Below are positions 42,302 through 43,307 of a stretch of DNA of 43,307 bases, piece after piece; position 1 is the stretch's first letter, and the number at the start of each line of letters is the position of its first letter. The stretch is from positions 1 through 43,307 of the IMG/VR virus record IMGVR_UViG_3300045988_156495; one strand, given 5' to 3'. Both the position numbers and the translations under genes were made by a program. The notes beneath the pieces are model-generated. The model ran no database searches. It had not been told where the DNA came from and worked only from the letters and a program-made list of their open reading frames with translations. This DNA is from a virus.

Positions 42302-42511
42302 CTACAAGTTGTTTAGATAATCCTCAATCTCGGAAAGCTTGAATGTCCCTCGTTCTCTCGGATCATTGGTCATATAGTGCAATTGTGGGAAGTCAGGCTG
42401 TTGTCTCATCCTTCTCCACTTGGCACTGAATGGCGTGACGTCAAACATGCGAGCGGCCTCTGTCTGAGTAATAAAAGTACGCTTGTGCTCTCGTTGCTTC
42501 ATATCCTGCAT
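42302..42511 (-). CDS. Small DNA-binding-like protein (excisionase/MerR-type HTH candidate)
   Basis: 69 aa. FITQTEAARMFDVTPFSAKWRRM resembles Xis/MerR-like HTH proteins. Lies in the early operon. Confidence 0.4.
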   Translation of the reverse strand: MQDMKQREHKRTFITQTEAARMFDVTPFSAKWRRMRQQPDFPQLHYMTNDPRERGTFKLSEIEDYLNNL

Positions 42512-42516
42512 TTTTG

Positions 42517-43023
42517 TTACCCTCCAAACGTTTGATTAAATTTGTCAATGAACGGCTGAGGATCAATGCCACCATATTCAGCAAGTTCGATTAATTCGGT
42601 TTGTTCTGAAGCAATCTCTTCAACCAATTCCTTAAACCCCGTTGTGACAGTCTCTTGTTGCTGTCGAGTTCGCTTTTCCTCTGGAACCTTGATTGCATTC
42701 TTGAAGTCAGTCCAGATTGCTTTTCTTTCAGACTCCTCTTGATCTGCCGTAGTCGTAGCAGCGAAAACATCTTCATTGATTCGTGGATTGTTCATGAACG
42801 AAATGGTTCCAAAGTCTGCTCTGGCTGAAGAAAGTCCTAAGCGCACTCCTTTCAAAAGTGACCACAACGATTTTTTCTTCTCGTGATCAACGCTCCGCTG
42901 ACCTAACGCATATTTGCCAATTGAGCTCTCGGATAAAAACGACTTCTTGCTGATGGACCGTTTGCTTAGCCCAGATGTTTCAATTGCAAGCGATAATTGT
43001 CGCGGGTATTTTGTATCTGCCAT
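42517..43023 (-). CDS. HTH-domain early protein
   Basis: The ATG at 43023 is the more likely start. The N-terminus LSLAIETSGLSKRSISKKSFLSESSIGKYALGQRS is XRE-like. The C-terminal half is acidic and helical. Confidence 0.5.
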   Translation of the reverse strand: MADTKYPRQLSLAIETSGLSKRSISKKSFLSESSIGKYALGQRSVDHEKKKSLWSLLKGVRLGLSSARADFGTISFMNNPRINEDVFAATTTADQEESERKAIWTDFKNAIKVPEEKRTRQQQETVTTGFKELVEEIASEQTELIELAEYGGIDPQPFIDKFNQTFGG

Positions 43024-43080
43024 GTGACGCCTTCTTTCGTCTATTTTTTTAGGTGCCTTATACAACGCCTAGATTGATAA

Positions 43081-43239
43081 TTAAGCTGTAGCAAGGTAAT
43101 CAATCATTTCGTTCCTTGCACGTTCCCTTTCAGCACTGATTGCCATTTCGAGCATGTCATCGTCCATGGTTTCCCAAAAAGCTTTGGGCTTATCATCGCG
43201 GTAGCTCATCAGCGCTTCGATCATTTGCTGTCGGTTCAT
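43081..43239 (-). CDS. Small early protein (52 aa) translationally coupled to cro
   Basis: MNRQQMIEALMSYRDDKPKAFWETMDDDMLEMAISAERERARNEMIDYLATA. GGAGG RBS. The ATG overlaps the cro TGA in the repeated copy at 48..51. Confidence 0.5.
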   Translation of the reverse strand: MNRQQMIEALMSYRDDKPKAFWETMDDDMLEMAISAERERARNEMIDYLATA

Positions 43240-43307
43240 TTGACTGCCTCCTCTCGCTGGGCGGGAATGTGAATATCTCCTGATGTGATAGTATCGCTAA
43301 AAAAAAG
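43189..43307. repeat. Terminal direct repeat, copy 2 (identical to 1..119)
   Basis: Exact 119-nt identity with the window start. Confidence 0.95.

Overview
This window is a complete temperate siphovirus genome of the kind found as prophages in Lactobacillaceae. The host assignment is inferred only from the gene families present. The first 119 nt are repeated exactly as the last 119 nt, so the unique unit is 43,188 bp and is either circular or terminally redundant.

Gene order: a Cro-like gene (48..290, minus) and a cI-like gene (426..857, plus) diverge from an operator-rich switch. On the plus strand there follow an ImmA-type protease, a roughly 5-kb accessory (moron) island at 1.35-6.3 kb, a tyrosine integrase (6467..7630), the presumed attP region and an inserted IS5/IS1182-like element (about 7967..9541). 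The remaining genes are almost all on the minus strand. Read in the direction of transcription from 43 kb downwards they are:
- early and replication genes: HTH proteins, Gp157/Gam-like, AAA_24/Sak4-like ATPase, SSB-tailed DUF669-like protein, DnaD-like initiator with iterons, DnaC-like loader, RusA
- an ArpU-type late regulator
- packaging and head genes: terS, terL, portal, Mu-F-like minor capsid protein, scaffold, decoration protein, gpE-like major capsid protein
- head-tail adaptors and the major tail protein
- G/G-T chaperones with an A_AAA_AAC -1 slip site
- a 1029-aa tape measure protein, a 658-aa evolved Dit, and a 975-aa Tal/fibre with collagen-like repeats
- holin region and a signal-peptide GH25-SH3-LysM endolysin

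I found no rRNA, no CRISPR array and no canonical tRNA.

Most interesting observations:
1. A glycosyltransferase-like gene is translationally coupled inside the head operon. Both the major capsid and the major tail proteins end in the same poly-Thr-SHV tail, and each is followed by a shared 73-nt 3' element. Together these suggest a virion O-glycosylation system.
2. A TerB_N/TPR gene overlaps a gluzincin metallopeptidase gene and sits behind a repressor-operator-like site. Neighbours include a SHOCT/glycine-zipper protein. This may be a prophage-encoded defence or exclusion cassette.
3. Four intrinsic-terminator-like hairpins delimiting three long-stem modules (about 95-125 nt) lie antisense to the flanking genes at 35.4-35.7 kb.
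4. A non-canonical tRNA-like element lies downstream of the ArpU gene.

All family calls come from motif recognition by eye. No searches were run.
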